IMG/VR virus record: IMGVR_UViG_3300025087_000051
Origin: a virus
Taxonomy: Duplodnaviria > Heunggongvirae > Uroviricota > Caudoviricetes
Reading direction: 5' to 3' (one strand)
DNA: 64,000 bases
A program made the translations under genes and the position numbers. Below the pieces are notes generated by a model. It was not told the DNA's origin and made no database searches. It saw nothing but the letters and a program-made list of their open reading frames with translations. This document shows, piece after piece, positions 36,625 through 46,857 of this stretch (the first letter of the stretch is position 1; each line of letters begins with the position of its first letter).

Positions 36625-36825
36625 ATGGAAATCATTATCGAACAAATCAGACAAACGATCATAAAAGAAATCACAAAAGAAACGTTGGAGGAATGTATCA
36701 AAGAAATTGACAGAGAAATTCTTTCGATAAAATCGCGTCCATACCCATTTTATCAACATCATGCGGATGGACTTGTAATGGCAAAAAATATCATCAACGA
36801 AATGAAACGAGAAAGATATTTATAA
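36625..36825 (+). CDS. hypothetical protein, tandem paralog of 36382-36603
   Basis: see previous. Confidence 0.4.
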   Translation: MEIIIEQIRQTIIKEITKETLEECIKEIDREILSIKSRPYPFYQHHADGLVMAKNIINEMKRERYL

Positions 36826-37157
36826 TGAAAAAACTAATTAATAAAAAGTTCAACATGGCACACTCATTAAAACATTTAGATGAAGCGTATAAAACAATTT
36901 GCGATTTAACATTAGAAGAACAGTCCGATTACGCAGATGAAGTTTGTATTAAAAATGTAAACAAGAAATTTTTAATAAATTCTTGTAAAAACATCGACCT
37001 TTATAAGGAAAATTTTACAGTCTACAATACAACCTCAATTGGCAATTTGGCGTATATAATATTGCACTGTAAGGATAAAGAAGCTGTAGATGTTTGCAGA
37101 GAATTATTATTAAGGTATGAAGATTATATGAACGAGGGATGGGATATTTGGAATTAA
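36825..37157 (+). CDS. hypothetical protein
   Basis: 110-aa ORF. Confidence 0.4.
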   Translation: MKKLINKKFNMAHSLKHLDEAYKTICDLTLEEQSDYADEVCIKNVNKKFLINSCKNIDLYKENFTVYNTTSIGNLAYIILHCKDKEAVDVCRELLLRYEDYMNEGWDIWN

Positions 37158-37158
37158 T

Positions 37159-37296
37159 ATGAAAAAACTTATCAACTTTCCAGACGACTTAATCAAAAAA
37201 ATTGTCAAAGAACAGTGCCAAAGAGGAATATTACAATTTAATAAAACGGTTGTTACAATTCTTTACGAAGCAATTGATAATAAAAAGAAGAAATGA
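37159..37296 (+). CDS. small RHH-like protein (weak)
   Basis: 45-aa ORF MKKLINFPDDLIKKIVKEQ...TVVTILYEAI. Confidence 0.3.
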   Translation: MKKLINFPDDLIKKIVKEQCQRGILQFNKTVVTILYEAIDNKKKK

Positions 37297-37460
37297 AAGT
37301 AAAACTCCATGCATTAACAAGAAGTGACGTTCCGAACTATGCATGGCAATGATGGGTAATCATGCGAGCCGACCTGTGCCATCCTCGATACGGTGGATAG
37401 CGTATGTCAAAACGTATACTCCGTATCGGGTCGGTCGGATTATTAAAAAACAGTTTTTGA

Positions 37461-37700
37461 TTGATTTTTAAAACGATACGCAAAATGAATAACGATGATG
37501 ATGTGGAAAAATTTATAAAATTTTACAAACAATTTGGAATAGAAATTGTGTATCCCAAACTTATTGATAATGAATATTTTATGATTCTTCCAAAAGATGT
37601 TGTCTCTGGACATGAAAAACTTGACGGCTATTGTGATTTTTATACTAAAATAGTATTTAACAGAAATGGTAAATTTACAAAACAAGGATTTTGGGAGTAA
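37461..37700 (+). CDS. hypothetical protein, paralog of 22076-22312
   Basis: see 22076. Confidence 0.45.
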   Translation: MIFKTIRKMNNDDDVEKFIKFYKQFGIEIVYPKLIDNEYFMILPKDVVSGHEKLDGYCDFYTKIVFNRNGKFTKQGFWE

Positions 37701-37772
37701 TTACAAAAGCGTTGTAGTGATCGTCAAATTATTTCTGATTTTATTAAAAATAGTTAAAAAAGGAGGGGCAAA

Positions 37773-38663
37773 ATGATTTGGATGTCTATGGTATGTTTTG
37801 TTGCATTTGTTATTTTTTTTATCATTTTAAAGAATTTGAATAAAGATACGAATGATAGCGATAAATTAATTTTAAAAATATTCGCAGGAGCGTTTGGCGG
37901 TATTGGTGGACTTTTGTTCTTTTTTAGTATTTTTTCAATAATTCCGGTTGGCAACGTTGGAATACAAGTTATATTCGGAAAGGCTTCCCAGAACATACTC
38001 GAAAATGGATTAAGAACTAAAAATCCGTTTACTAGTGTTCAAAAAATGAGCGTGAAGACTCAGGAACTGAAAGAAAGCGCACAAGTTCCATCAAAAGAAG
38101 GACTGATCATGGATGTGGATATTAGCCTATTGTATCGATTAAACCCCCAAACATCTTTCGAGGTATATACAAAAGTTGGAAAAGATTATCAATCAGTTAT
38201 TGTAGAACCTCAACTCCGTTCGGCAATTCGTGAGATTACATCATCCTACGAGGCGAAAGTATTATATTCATCGGAAAGAGACAAAATAAGCAATGAAATA
38301 TATTCCTTATTCAAGAAAATGACTGAACACAGAGGAATTATCACAGAGCAATTACTGCTAAGAGACATTGGGCTGCCGAAAGTTGTTTCTGATGCAATTG
38401 AACAAAAACTTGAAGCGGAACAAAGATCAGAACAAATGAAGTTTACCTTAATGAAAGAGACACAAGAAGCAGAAAGAAAAAGAATCGAAGCAAGGGGTGT
38501 ATCTGATTTCCAACACATAGTTAGTGAAGGAATTAATGACAATCTTTTGAAGTGGAAAGGAATCGAAGCCACGGAAGCATTAGCAAAGTCTCCAAATGCT
38601 AAAATCGTTGTAATAGGTGGTAGAGACGGTATGCCGCTTATTCTTAATGCAGAAACTAAATAG
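37773..38663 (+). CDS. SPFH/band-7 (stomatin/prohibitin/HflK-like) membrane protein
   Basis: N-terminal TM then band-7 core and coiled-coil EQKLEAEQRSEQMKF..QEAERKRIEARG; GGAGGGG RBS. Confidence 0.75.
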   Translation: MIWMSMVCFVAFVIFFIILKNLNKDTNDSDKLILKIFAGAFGGIGGLLFFFSIFSIIPVGNVGIQVIFGKASQNILENGLRTKNPFTSVQKMSVKTQELKESAQVPSKEGLIMDVDISLLYRLNPQTSFEVYTKVGKDYQSVIVEPQLRSAIREITSSYEAKVLYSSERDKISNEIYSLFKKMTEHRGIITEQLLLRDIGLPKVVSDAIEQKLEAEQRSEQMKFTLMKETQEAERKRIEARGVSDFQHIVSEGINDNLLKWKGIEATEALAKSPNAKIVVIGGRDGMPLILNAETK

Positions 38664-38676
38664 GAATTGATAAATT

Positions 38677-38862
38677 ATGGATATGTTTTCTCGTTGCATG
38701 AATATCGCTTATTTTATAATGCTTGTTGCGACTATTTGTTTTTTGGTAATAGGAATTGAGCTCGAAATGCCAAATATCACCATTTTGGGGATTCCATGCG
38801 CCTTGACAGGTATATGTATTGCATTGATAGAAAAAGGAATCAGATCGATAATAGAAAATTAA
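38677..38862 (+). CDS. small two-TM membrane protein (SPFH partner?)
   Basis: 61 aa, two hydrophobic helices, 14 nt after SPFH gene. Confidence 0.4.
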   Translation: MDMFSRCMNIAYFIMLVATICFLVIGIELEMPNITILGIPCALTGICIALIEKGIRSIIEN

Positions 38863-39119
38863 TCAAATAAAATAGGGCGTGCGCCCACAACCAAGGGAGG
38901 TTTTAATCTTCTTGCTTTTACCTCCTTTGGTTGGTTTCTCCGAGATAGATTTAAATAAAAAAGTTAGCCTGGGCAGAGACCATTTAGAATCGAAACATAT
39001 AATTCTAAATGCAATTCTGATAATCATAGCCGAATAGGGGCATAATCCTACAAAGAGTTGCTATATGGTATGTGGGATGCCCCTCCCAGGTATGTAATTC
39101 AAAATATAAAAATAAAATT

Positions 39120-39407
39120 ATGAGACTTTTAGACGCATTAAAAGAAACTGGTATGGCTCGTAATGATAAATTTTACAAGACGTTTTACGTCAAGAAAACC
39201 GATGAGGGTTATTATGCTTGGTGTTCAATGCTTAATGATGAATGCATAGGAAATTTTTTTGGTAACAATGCGTACGAATCTGAAGAGTGGCTACCTTATA
39301 CAAAATCAGTATTAGTATCTAATAATATTAAAGTTATGACGGTTACTATGCAATGTTCGTGTGGACAAACAGTAACGATAAACCTTGATTGGTTGAATAA
39401 AAAATGA
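39120..39407 (+). CDS. Cys-containing hypothetical protein
   Basis: ORF 39072-39407; upstream part overlaps hairpin so start at Met 39120 preferred. Confidence 0.4.
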   Translation: MRLLDALKETGMARNDKFYKTFYVKKTDEGYYAWCSMLNDECIGNFFGNNAYESEEWLPYTKSVLVSNNIKVMTVTMQCSCGQTVTINLDWLNKK

Positions 39408-39620
39408 AAATTATAAGCAAAAGTAACTTTGATAATGAATTTGTAAACGATGTATTGGTTTGCGATAATGTTAATCAATACTTTGGTCAGAAGATTGTTG
39501 ACTTATTAAATTCCCCTGTCGGTCAAGCGGTCAAGATTCAATTTATTTTTACGAATTAGTTCAGGATAATCACAAGCTCTATTCTTTTAAACCATAAAAT
39601 TATATTCAGTAGAAAGTGAT

Positions 39621-39836
39621 ATGGCAAAAAACAAAAAAGAAAAATTTATAAGGTACGAATACGAACCAGAATTAAATATGAAAATAAAATTTAGATGCGA
39701 AGACAATGTTTATTGTATTCATTTCATAGAAGATGGAGGCGTTGCAATAGAAAAAACATCATATAGCGCACCAAGTAATTACGGTAATAAACTTTCAATA
39801 AAACCAATAGCCACAAATCATATAGTTGTTTATTGA
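39621..39836 (+). CDS. hypothetical protein
   Basis: 71-aa ORF. Confidence 0.35.
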   Translation: MAKNKKEKFIRYEYEPELNMKIKFRCEDNVYCIHFIEDGGVAIEKTSYSAPSNYGNKLSIKPIATNHIVVY

Positions 39837-39969
39837 TGATAATTTTTATGAAATCTTATAATAAATATAAAAATTCAAAGTTCGGTAATGTGATATTTGT
39901 TTTGTTTGTTTTGTTTTCTTTTGTGTTAATTTTTTATTGTTTCTACATACCATTAATTAGTATAAAAAA

Positions 39970-40896
39970 ATGACCTGCAAAGACTTAAACGATTCAATCA
40001 AAGCTCCCTGCAATTTCTACATTCCTACAGGATTTTGCAGTAAACCTGACTATTTCAGATGTGTCGAATACATGGCTAAAAACGAACCAGTAATATCATA
40101 TTCAGCGATGAGAAATTTTCTAAAGTGTGAAAGATTATACTACCATACTTCTATATCTGGCGATGAGTTGATTGAAAAGCCTGATGCGTTAAATATTGGT
40201 TCTTATGTTGATTCCGTTCTGAGTCAGAAAAAATTTAATATAACTGGCGCAGAAAATACTGTATGGTTGCAAAAGGCAAGGGCAATTATTGATGGTATGG
40301 GTATGCTAGAAATAACAACACACATCGTTAATAAAGATTTTGAATCTCAAAAAGAATTTACAATACAACGAGACGGGCTTCCGCAAATACATGGCTTTAT
40401 AGATTTTCATCATACTTCTAATAGATTTTTCCTCGAACTTAAAACTACGAAAAGAATAGACGATTACAAACAAGATAAGTTCAAATTCCAAATAGAAGAT
40501 CAGTGCGGTATGTATTTTTTATCGAATCCGGCGTACGAGTTCTGCGTTATACTTCCTATAAAAGTGCCAGAATTGGAATACAATGAAAACAAAGAAACGA
40601 TACAACAATATTACAACCGATGTTTAACGGACATTACAAACAGACCTCGTCATTATTTTGTCAATTATAATTACGAAACAAAGAAATTTGGCATCAAACT
40701 CTATCGGCAAGAAATTGATGAAAATGAATTAATAAAATTATGTAAATGGACGGCGCAAAATATTCAACGATGTGCCAAAGAAAATTATTGGCCGATGCGA
40801 AAAGATTCGTGTTTTTCTCCGATTAAGTGTGATTTTTACGAGGCGTGTTCGATAGGAATTTCAGAAGATAGATATAAAAAAAGAAAGAAAGAATAA
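39970..40896 (+). CDS. Cas4/RecB-like PD-(D/E)xK exonuclease with Cys cluster
   Basis: IDFHH...FLELKTTK (D...ELK motif); N-terminal Cys pair plus C-terminal CFSPIKCDFYEAC. Confidence 0.55.
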   Translation: MTCKDLNDSIKAPCNFYIPTGFCSKPDYFRCVEYMAKNEPVISYSAMRNFLKCERLYYHTSISGDELIEKPDALNIGSYVDSVLSQKKFNITGAENTVWLQKARAIIDGMGMLEITTHIVNKDFESQKEFTIQRDGLPQIHGFIDFHHTSNRFFLELKTTKRIDDYKQDKFKFQIEDQCGMYFLSNPAYEFCVILPIKVPELEYNENKETIQQYYNRCLTDITNRPRHYFVNYNYETKKFGIKLYRQEIDENELIKLCKWTAQNIQRCAKENYWPMRKDSCFSPIKCDFYEACSIGISEDRYKKRKKE

Positions 40897-40900
40897 AACA

Positions 40901-41095
40901 ATGATAAAAATGATGGTTGTAAAAAAATTAAATATAGAGGTATATAAATGTATTTTTTACGAAGGACGTGAAGACAATATCGCAAAACCAATAATGGTAC
41001 TTTCTGATTATGAACTTAGTAAATTTTACAATCAATTAATAAACGAAAAAAAAGAGAGAGAAAACAATGAAATCGGCAAAAATATTAATCCATGA
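40901..41095 (+). CDS. hypothetical protein
   Basis: 64-aa ORF. Confidence 0.3.
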   Translation: MIKMMVVKKLNIEVYKCIFYEGREDNIAKPIMVLSDYELSKFYNQLINEKKERENNEIGKNINP

Positions 41096-41276
41096 ACACG
41101 CTCATGGATATTGGGCATCGGTACGAACTTATGATTATAGCGATAAACTGCCTGTATTTTTCTGTTACGATACTAATTATTACAAAACAATTAAAGAAGC
41201 GGAACAAGAAGTTAGGGCGTTTTGCAAATGGAAAAAATTAAAAATTAGAAAAATAGTAAGGGATTATAAAATATAA
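41067..41276 (+). CDS. hypothetical protein
   Basis: 69-aa ORF. Confidence 0.35.
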   Translation: MKSAKILIHEHAHGYWASVRTYDYSDKLPVFFCYDTNYYKTIKEAEQEVRAFCKWKKLKIRKIVRDYKI

Positions 41277-41288
41277 AGAGAGCGGAAA

Positions 41289-42128
41289 ATGAGAATACCA
41301 ACACCGGATGAGCTTAGTAATTTATCACGAGGCAAAATAATAGTAATTTATAGCGATGAAGCTGGTGTCGGCAAAAGCACGTCATGTATACAGTCTTTAC
41401 CCGAACCAATACTCGATATTTACATCGAAAAAAGAAATTTTGTCAGTTCTTTAGAGTCGATTACAAAAGTAGAAAAATTACCAGATGAAAAGCACGAAGA
41501 TTGGATAAAAAGAGTTGTACTGGACTGGACATCAAGAGGCAATAGAGTAGTAAATCCGACAACCCATGAAGATTTCTTCGATTTTCTTGATACTTGCTAT
41601 CAAAAATTAAAGGCAGGTACATTTCCATTCAAATCAATACTATTCGATTCTTTCGGTTACTGGATTAACATTGAACTGTCGAAAAGATTGGAAGATGAAG
41701 CGTACCAGTCAAAGGTCGAGAACCTTAAAAGGGGAGAAACGCTAAGAAATTTAACCGAACAAGTACAGATGGATTTAAGAGCGTATGGAAGTTTGTCTGG
41801 TATAGTTAATCGTTACATGGGACTAATCAAGCCATTCTCTCAATATAATGTAATGGTAGTGTTGATTTTTCAAGGTGATAACAGCCCATCGTATAATAAG
41901 GCTCTGTCTTGCGCTCCGTACATTAAGGGTAAGATGATTGGGCAAGATTTAAAATCTGAGATTGATTATGCAGGTATTGTTGAAAAAAAGTATATAAATG
42001 AACAATTAGTATTTCCTCCGCAGATTAGTTTCGACAAGCCTGGATTCTTCTGTAAATGGTGTGGGGAAAGACCGGAACGATTAAATGGATTACCGTTAAA
42101 TTTCAAGAAAATATTTAAGCTGGAATAG
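41289..42128 (+). CDS. RecA-like P-loop NTPase (Sak4-type recombination ATPase?)
   Basis: Walker A SDEAGVGKST; Walker B-like ILFDSF; C-terminal CKWCG. Confidence 0.55.
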   Translation: MRIPTPDELSNLSRGKIIVIYSDEAGVGKSTSCIQSLPEPILDIYIEKRNFVSSLESITKVEKLPDEKHEDWIKRVVLDWTSRGNRVVNPTTHEDFFDFLDTCYQKLKAGTFPFKSILFDSFGYWINIELSKRLEDEAYQSKVENLKRGETLRNLTEQVQMDLRAYGSLSGIVNRYMGLIKPFSQYNVMVVLIFQGDNSPSYNKALSCAPYIKGKMIGQDLKSEIDYAGIVEKKYINEQLVFPPQISFDKPGFFCKWCGERPERLNGLPLNFKKIFKLE

Positions 42129-42143
42129 ATTGGAGTAATTTAT

Positions 42144-42332
42144 ATGATAATATCTTTGGTTCTTGTTTCTGTTTCTATTTTTGTTCTTTTAAGAAATAAT
42201 TGGGTATTAAAAAAACAATTAGAACTTATAGATAAAGCAAATTTGTCACAATCAGAATATTTATCATACGATCAAATGATGCTTAGATTTTGGATATGGG
42301 ACGTTGAGAAATTAAAGAAAAAGGGTTTATAA
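42144..42332 (+). CDS. small membrane protein
   Basis: 62 aa, N-terminal TM. Confidence 0.35.
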   Translation: MIISLVLVSVSIFVLLRNNWVLKKQLELIDKANLSQSEYLSYDQMMLRFWIWDVEKLKKKGL

Positions 42333-42333
42333 C

Positions 42334-42645
42334 TTGAAAAAACATATTTGTAGGCTAATGAGATATTGTATATGTTCGAGAGAACCTGATGAGAATTGCC
42401 CCATACATGGATATAGCAGGGAAAATCGTTGCGCTTGTGGCAAATTTGTGAAAACAAAAAAAAGAAAAAGCTGTAAAAAAAGTAAAAAATACAAATTTAT
42501 TACAGGGTGGATGGGTTTTAACATTGCTAAACAACACCAAGAAGAGCATATCATAGCGTATGTATCCCATGTTTATTTAAGAAGAAAAGACGTACCTAGT
42601 ATATGGTGTAACAAACAAAAGATAATCCTAAAAGTAAAAAAATAA
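42334..42645 (+). CDS. Cys-rich basic protein
   Basis: 103-aa ORF. Confidence 0.35.
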   Translation: MKKHICRLMRYCICSREPDENCPIHGYSRENRCACGKFVKTKKRKSCKKSKKYKFITGWMGFNIAKQHQEEHIIAYVSHVYLRRKDVPSIWCNKQKIILKVKK

Positions 42646-42648
42646 ATC

Positions 42649-42834
42649 ATGGTTTACCTGCTTATATCTTTAATAATCCTTGCTTGGCTCTGTTGCTTCT
42701 TATCCATGTTGATACTTTTCAAATTATGTAATGTAGAGTATCGTCTTCATTGGATTTATCAGCAAGTCGAGGAATTAAAACTTAAAATTAATAATGAATC
42801 AAAAAACCATTGGCATGATAAAAAACTAAATTAA
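42649..42834 (+). CDS. small membrane protein
   Basis: 61 aa, TM. Confidence 0.3.
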   Translation: MVYLLISLIILAWLCCFLSMLILFKLCNVEYRLHWIYQQVEELKLKINNESKNHWHDKKLN

Positions 42835-42915
42835 AAAAAGGAGGTATCGTATGAATTAGATTTGTCGTTCTGATTATATTGTGTTTTATTTTTTTGTAAG
42901 AAAGAAGGAGGTAAT

Positions 42916-43470
42916 ATGGCTATAGTAAAATCAGACAAAGAAGGAAAAGCTCCAATCGGCTTTGATAAAATGCCGGAAGGGAAGCATATCGTTACGCCAG
43001 AAACTTTTGAAATGGCTGAGGACAGAACGACCAAACAAGGAAAACCGCTACAGTACAATACAGTTTTTCGTGATCCGGCGAATCCAGAAGCGTCTAATAA
43101 TTCAATTCTACTCTCCTCAAATTTTGGACATGTAAAAGGGGTCGTAAATTTTCTGACATTTCTGGATAAGTCAGGAATTGCGAAGAAATTATCTGAACAG
43201 CATCCGACCCGATTCCCTTACGATCCAAAAGCGGATCATCTCGAATGGGATGATGACAATTTCCTTAATAAAAAAGACGGGAAACCTGTGGATGTAAAGC
43301 AAGCATTTATCACAACGATCAGATTGGCAATGAAGGGCGCAATGGTCGGTATTAATGTCCAGTTCAATGAAAAGACTGGATTCAACGAGATTACTGAATG
43401 GTACAGTCCTAACAGCCAGACAACTACCGCGCCTACTTCTACTACTAAAGATGATTCTGCTTGGATATAA
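42916..43470 (+). CDS. hypothetical protein
   Basis: GAAGGAGG RBS, 184 aa. Confidence 0.45.
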   Translation: MAIVKSDKEGKAPIGFDKMPEGKHIVTPETFEMAEDRTTKQGKPLQYNTVFRDPANPEASNNSILLSSNFGHVKGVVNFLTFLDKSGIAKKLSEQHPTRFPYDPKADHLEWDDDNFLNKKDGKPVDVKQAFITTIRLAMKGAMVGINVQFNEKTGFNEITEWYSPNSQTTTAPTSTTKDDSAWI

Positions 43471-43482
43471 TAGGTTTGCCGG

Positions 43483-43560
43483 TACATCCTCGTAAAACCG
43501 GCATATTTTCTTGGGAGTCCTGGCAGGTTTTGTTTTTGCGCCTGCCAGGAAAATTTTAGA
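43483..43560 (+). terminator. double hairpin terminator-like structure
   Basis: GCCGGT-13nt-ACCGGC and CCTGGCAGG-13nt-CCTGCCAGG after CDS end. Confidence 0.45.
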
Positions 43561-43819
43561 TAAAAAATAAATAAGCCGATTATTGCAAAAAATATTAAAA
43601 TGATTATTAAGGTGTGAGTCTATACCTCACATCAACTGAAAATAAAGGCAATACTGTGCTGATATTGGAGGTTGGTGTAGCGATTAAAAGAGTATGGGTA
43701 AACAGTAAATGAGTCCTAGAGGGTATTAATCTGAGAAAGACATCCTAAAAGACCTAGGGGTGCTAGGGAACCGATCTCTGTATAGACAAGGCAATAAAAT
43801 AAAAAAAAGGATAATATTG

Positions 43820-44068
43820 ATGACAGAATATGAATTTAAAAAATTAAAACCCGACGATGTCGCCTCAAATCTTTATACTGGTAATTATTGCGGAAATATA
43901 GAGGGAAAATTCTACAACAAGGAAGACGTAATCATCATGCTTGCCAACTTCGTTAATACGTTTTCACCGGTTGCCAACTCAATCAAAGAAATGGTGGCAT
44001 TTTATAATGAATTGATTATAAATAAACAACAAGATGAACAAGAAAATAGAAAGAATTTTCAACGTTGA
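43820..44068 (+). CDS. hypothetical protein
   Basis: ORF 43760-44068, Met at 43820 follows AAGGATAA. Confidence 0.4.
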   Translation: MTEYEFKKLKPDDVASNLYTGNYCGNIEGKFYNKEDVIIMLANFVNTFSPVANSIKEMVAFYNELIINKQQDEQENRKNFQR

Positions 44069-44586
44069 CAATCATTAGGTCGAAACGATACGAACCGAAT
44101 AAAACATTAACAAGAACTCAGCATAACTATATACCACCGATACCGGACGGATTTTGTATCGTATATGATACTAGAGAGCAATTACCATATACGTTTAACG
44201 ACTTAAAGATAAATTCATTAAAACAATGCTTGGGAATATCTGGTGCTGATTATTCTATTAAAGGATTTGAAGATAAGATAAGAATTGAAAGAAAAAGCCA
44301 GTCCGATTTTTACAGAAGCATCGGCAAAGGTCGAGAAAGATTTGAAAAAACAATTAAATTTTTAAGCACGTTGGAATTTGCCGGATTGGTTATTGAATGT
44401 AGTGAGGAAGAGCTTTTATGTCCTGAAACTAGCTATTCAAATATTAATGCTAATTCAATTTACGGAACAATAGTGTCGTTTCAGGTTAAGTACGGAATCC
44501 ATATATATTGCGGGAACAGAAACCAGTGCCGCCAAAGGTTGACCCACTGGCTATTAAAATTTTATAAGTGGAAAAGGAATTTATAA
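44065..44586 (+). CDS. ERCC4 (XPF/Mus81/Hef-type) nuclease domain protein
   Basis: YDTREQ ... GADYSI ... IERKSQSDF = GDY/ERKxxxD ERCC4 signature. Confidence 0.55.
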   Translation: MTIIRSKRYEPNKTLTRTQHNYIPPIPDGFCIVYDTREQLPYTFNDLKINSLKQCLGISGADYSIKGFEDKIRIERKSQSDFYRSIGKGRERFEKTIKFLSTLEFAGLVIECSEEELLCPETSYSNINANSIYGTIVSFQVKYGIHIYCGNRNQCRQRLTHWLLKFYKWKRNL

Positions 44587-45216
44587 ATGAAATGTAAATA
44601 TAACGAAACAATATTAAAACCAAAAGTATTAGAATTATATAACAAAGGAATGTCACAGAGAGGAATAGGAGAAATTTTAAATATAACCAGAGGACATTTG
44701 GTAAGATGGTACAAAAAATGGGGAATACGATCAAAAAAAATTCTTGGTATTTATCGTAAAAATTATAAAAACGGTAAAAGTCTTTGCTGTGGTTATTATA
44801 GAATACGTAATCCAGATCATCAGAAAGGAATTATAACTTATAGATATGAACATGTTTTTATTGCAGAAAAAGTATTGGGAAAGCCTCTAATGCCTAAACA
44901 CGAAGTTCATCACGTAGATAACAATAGAGCGAATAATAAAAATAATAATTTAGTTATATGTGAAAGTAGAAATTATCATAGATTACTTCATGTAAGAACA
45001 AAAGCATTGAAAGAATCTGGCGATGCAAATAATATGAAATGTAAATATTGTAAGAAATGGGATACTCTAAAAAACTTGATACAGCAAGACAAAAAAAGAA
45101 TTAATTATTCACATGAACAGTGTACCACAAATTACAGAAAAGAATATTGGATTAAAACAAAAAATGCAATAAAATTCCATAGAATGAAAAGAGAGGATTG
45201 TAATGATCAGTATTAA
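44587..45216 (+). CDS. HTH + HNH endonuclease
   Basis: N-terminal MSQRGIGEILNITRGHL HTH; HEVHHVDNNRANNKNNNLVICESRNYHRLLH HNH. Confidence 0.7.
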   Translation: MKCKYNETILKPKVLELYNKGMSQRGIGEILNITRGHLVRWYKKWGIRSKKILGIYRKNYKNGKSLCCGYYRIRNPDHQKGIITYRYEHVFIAEKVLGKPLMPKHEVHHVDNNRANNKNNNLVICESRNYHRLLHVRTKALKESGDANNMKCKYCKKWDTLKNLIQQDKKRINYSHEQCTTNYRKEYWIKTKNAIKFHRMKREDCNDQY

Positions 45217-45400
45217 TTATGAATTTGGTGACGCAGATGTGTCTTGCAGTAATTGCGGTTTTTGTGAAAATATAAAAGGTTTTGGCGGCCATATTTCTTT
45301 TGATTTTATTGCTGATAAACTCAGAGGGTGTGATTGGAAAACAACAAAAGAAGATGGCGAGTGGAAACATTTTTGTCCTGATTGTAAAAAAAAATTGTAA
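45203..45400 (+). CDS. zinc-ribbon protein
   Basis: CSNCGFC ... CPDCKKK. Confidence 0.35.
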   Translation: MISINYEFGDADVSCSNCGFCENIKGFGGHISFDFIADKLRGCDWKTTKEDGEWKHFCPDCKKKL

Positions 45401-45554
45401 TCAGGTTCGCTGGTTGTAAAACGGGTATCAAATATACCGATACCACCTGAAAGACAGTACAAAAACCAGCATCAAGCAGGATGATCTGGCGGGTTATATC
45501 CCTTAGCCCGCCAGGTCGATTAAATTTTATAATATAAACAAGGAGAGAGCGACA

Positions 45555-45749
45555 ATGAACATAAATTTTGACTTTTTAGATTCTGAGGAATTTTATAATT
45601 TAATGCAAGATTATAGGAATGCACCTGTTTATACGCAAAGTTTTGCATTAGAGATTTATTGTAAGATTAAAAAATACATCAGATTGGAAATATCTAAGCA
45701 AATAATTAATGAAGAAAAAAGACATGAAGATTTTAACGATATTGATTAA
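45555..45749 (+). CDS. hypothetical protein
   Basis: AAGGAGAGAG RBS. Confidence 0.35.
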   Translation: MNINFDFLDSEEFYNLMQDYRNAPVYTQSFALEIYCKIKKYIRLEISKQIINEEKRHEDFNDID

Positions 45750-45752
45750 AAC

Positions 45753-46190
45753 ATGATTAAAAACTATACATCAACCGTACCAATAGAAAGATCAATTAGC
45801 CATATAGAATCTAAACTAGTCGCTCACGGTGCTAAAGATATTATGAAAAGATACGATTCTGTGGGCATACTCGAAAGTATCTGTTTCATTATCTTTGTCT
45901 CTGGTAGTAATCTTTCGTTTAAATTACCAGCCAAGATAGACGCCTGTTGCGAAATATTAAAATCAAAAATCAAAAGACCCAGAGATGGTACTTACGAAAA
46001 AGTCGAGAAACAAGCGGAAAGAACAGCATGGAAATTGGTATCTGACTGGGTAGATATTCAAATATCAATGATTGAATTGGAACAAGCCGAATTTTTAGAA
46101 GTATTTCTACCCTATGCCTATAATCCACAAAAACAACAAACATTTTACGAACAGATACGGGAATCAAAATTTTTGGCATTGACAAAATGA
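45753..46190 (+). CDS. hypothetical protein
   Basis: 145-aa ORF. Confidence 0.4.
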   Translation: MIKNYTSTVPIERSISHIESKLVAHGAKDIMKRYDSVGILESICFIIFVSGSNLSFKLPAKIDACCEILKSKIKRPRDGTYEKVEKQAERTAWKLVSDWVDIQISMIELEQAEFLEVFLPYAYNPQKQQTFYEQIRESKFLALTK

Positions 46191-46453
46191 AAGATATTTA
46201 TGAATGGGGACTTATTCCTAGCCATAGAGTCGGGTTATTACATAGATGGACTGTTGGTAGTGGAAAAACATTTCTTCATACTTTGGTATGGGTTTCGTCT
46301 TGCGGATTACACTATTGTAATGAACATAATCGTCCAGAGCCTGGTTTTACAACTGAAGGAATAAAATGTGAAAAATGTCGAAAAGAGCAAAAAAGAGTTA
46401 ATAAGATTTTAAACATTAACAAAATAAAAAAGACAATAAATGGGAATGATTAA
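46187..46453 (+). CDS. Cys-containing small protein
   Basis: 88-aa ORF. Confidence 0.35.
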   Translation: MKDIYEWGLIPSHRVGLLHRWTVGSGKTFLHTLVWVSSCGLHYCNEHNRPEPGFTTEGIKCEKCRKEQKRVNKILNINKIKKTINGND

Positions 46454-46724
46454 AAAAATAAACTTTCATAAAATCTTTGGAAGCGTAGTCCGTACAATTT
46501 TTATCTTTTCTGTCTTCACATTACTTTTTATAATATTTCATCACACAATAAAGATTAAAAAATTAGAAAAAGACATAACAGTTTTAAAAGAAGAAATGTC
46601 TAATATCTGTGATGCCGGAATGAAAACTGTTGAAGGATTAATGAATAATCAGGACGGACTTATCGAAGCATTTAATGAAATTCAGAAATTAAAACAGACA
46701 CAAAAGGGAATGATATACCACTGA
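46440..46724 (+). CDS. membrane-anchored coiled-coil protein
   Basis: N-terminal TM. Confidence 0.35.
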   Translation: MGMIKKINFHKIFGSVVRTIFIFSVFTLLFIIFHHTIKIKKLEKDITVLKEEMSNICDAGMKTVEGLMNNQDGLIEAFNEIQKLKQTQKGMIYH

Positions 46725-46857
46725 TGCTATTAATAAAACAAATACTTGTTACCGTTTCGATTCTTTCGTATTCTGGAATAATATATTCTGAAACGAACGA
46801 CAATAAACGTGTTAGAGTTCTAATGGCTTTGATTCCATTAATTGTTTTGCCTGTTAT

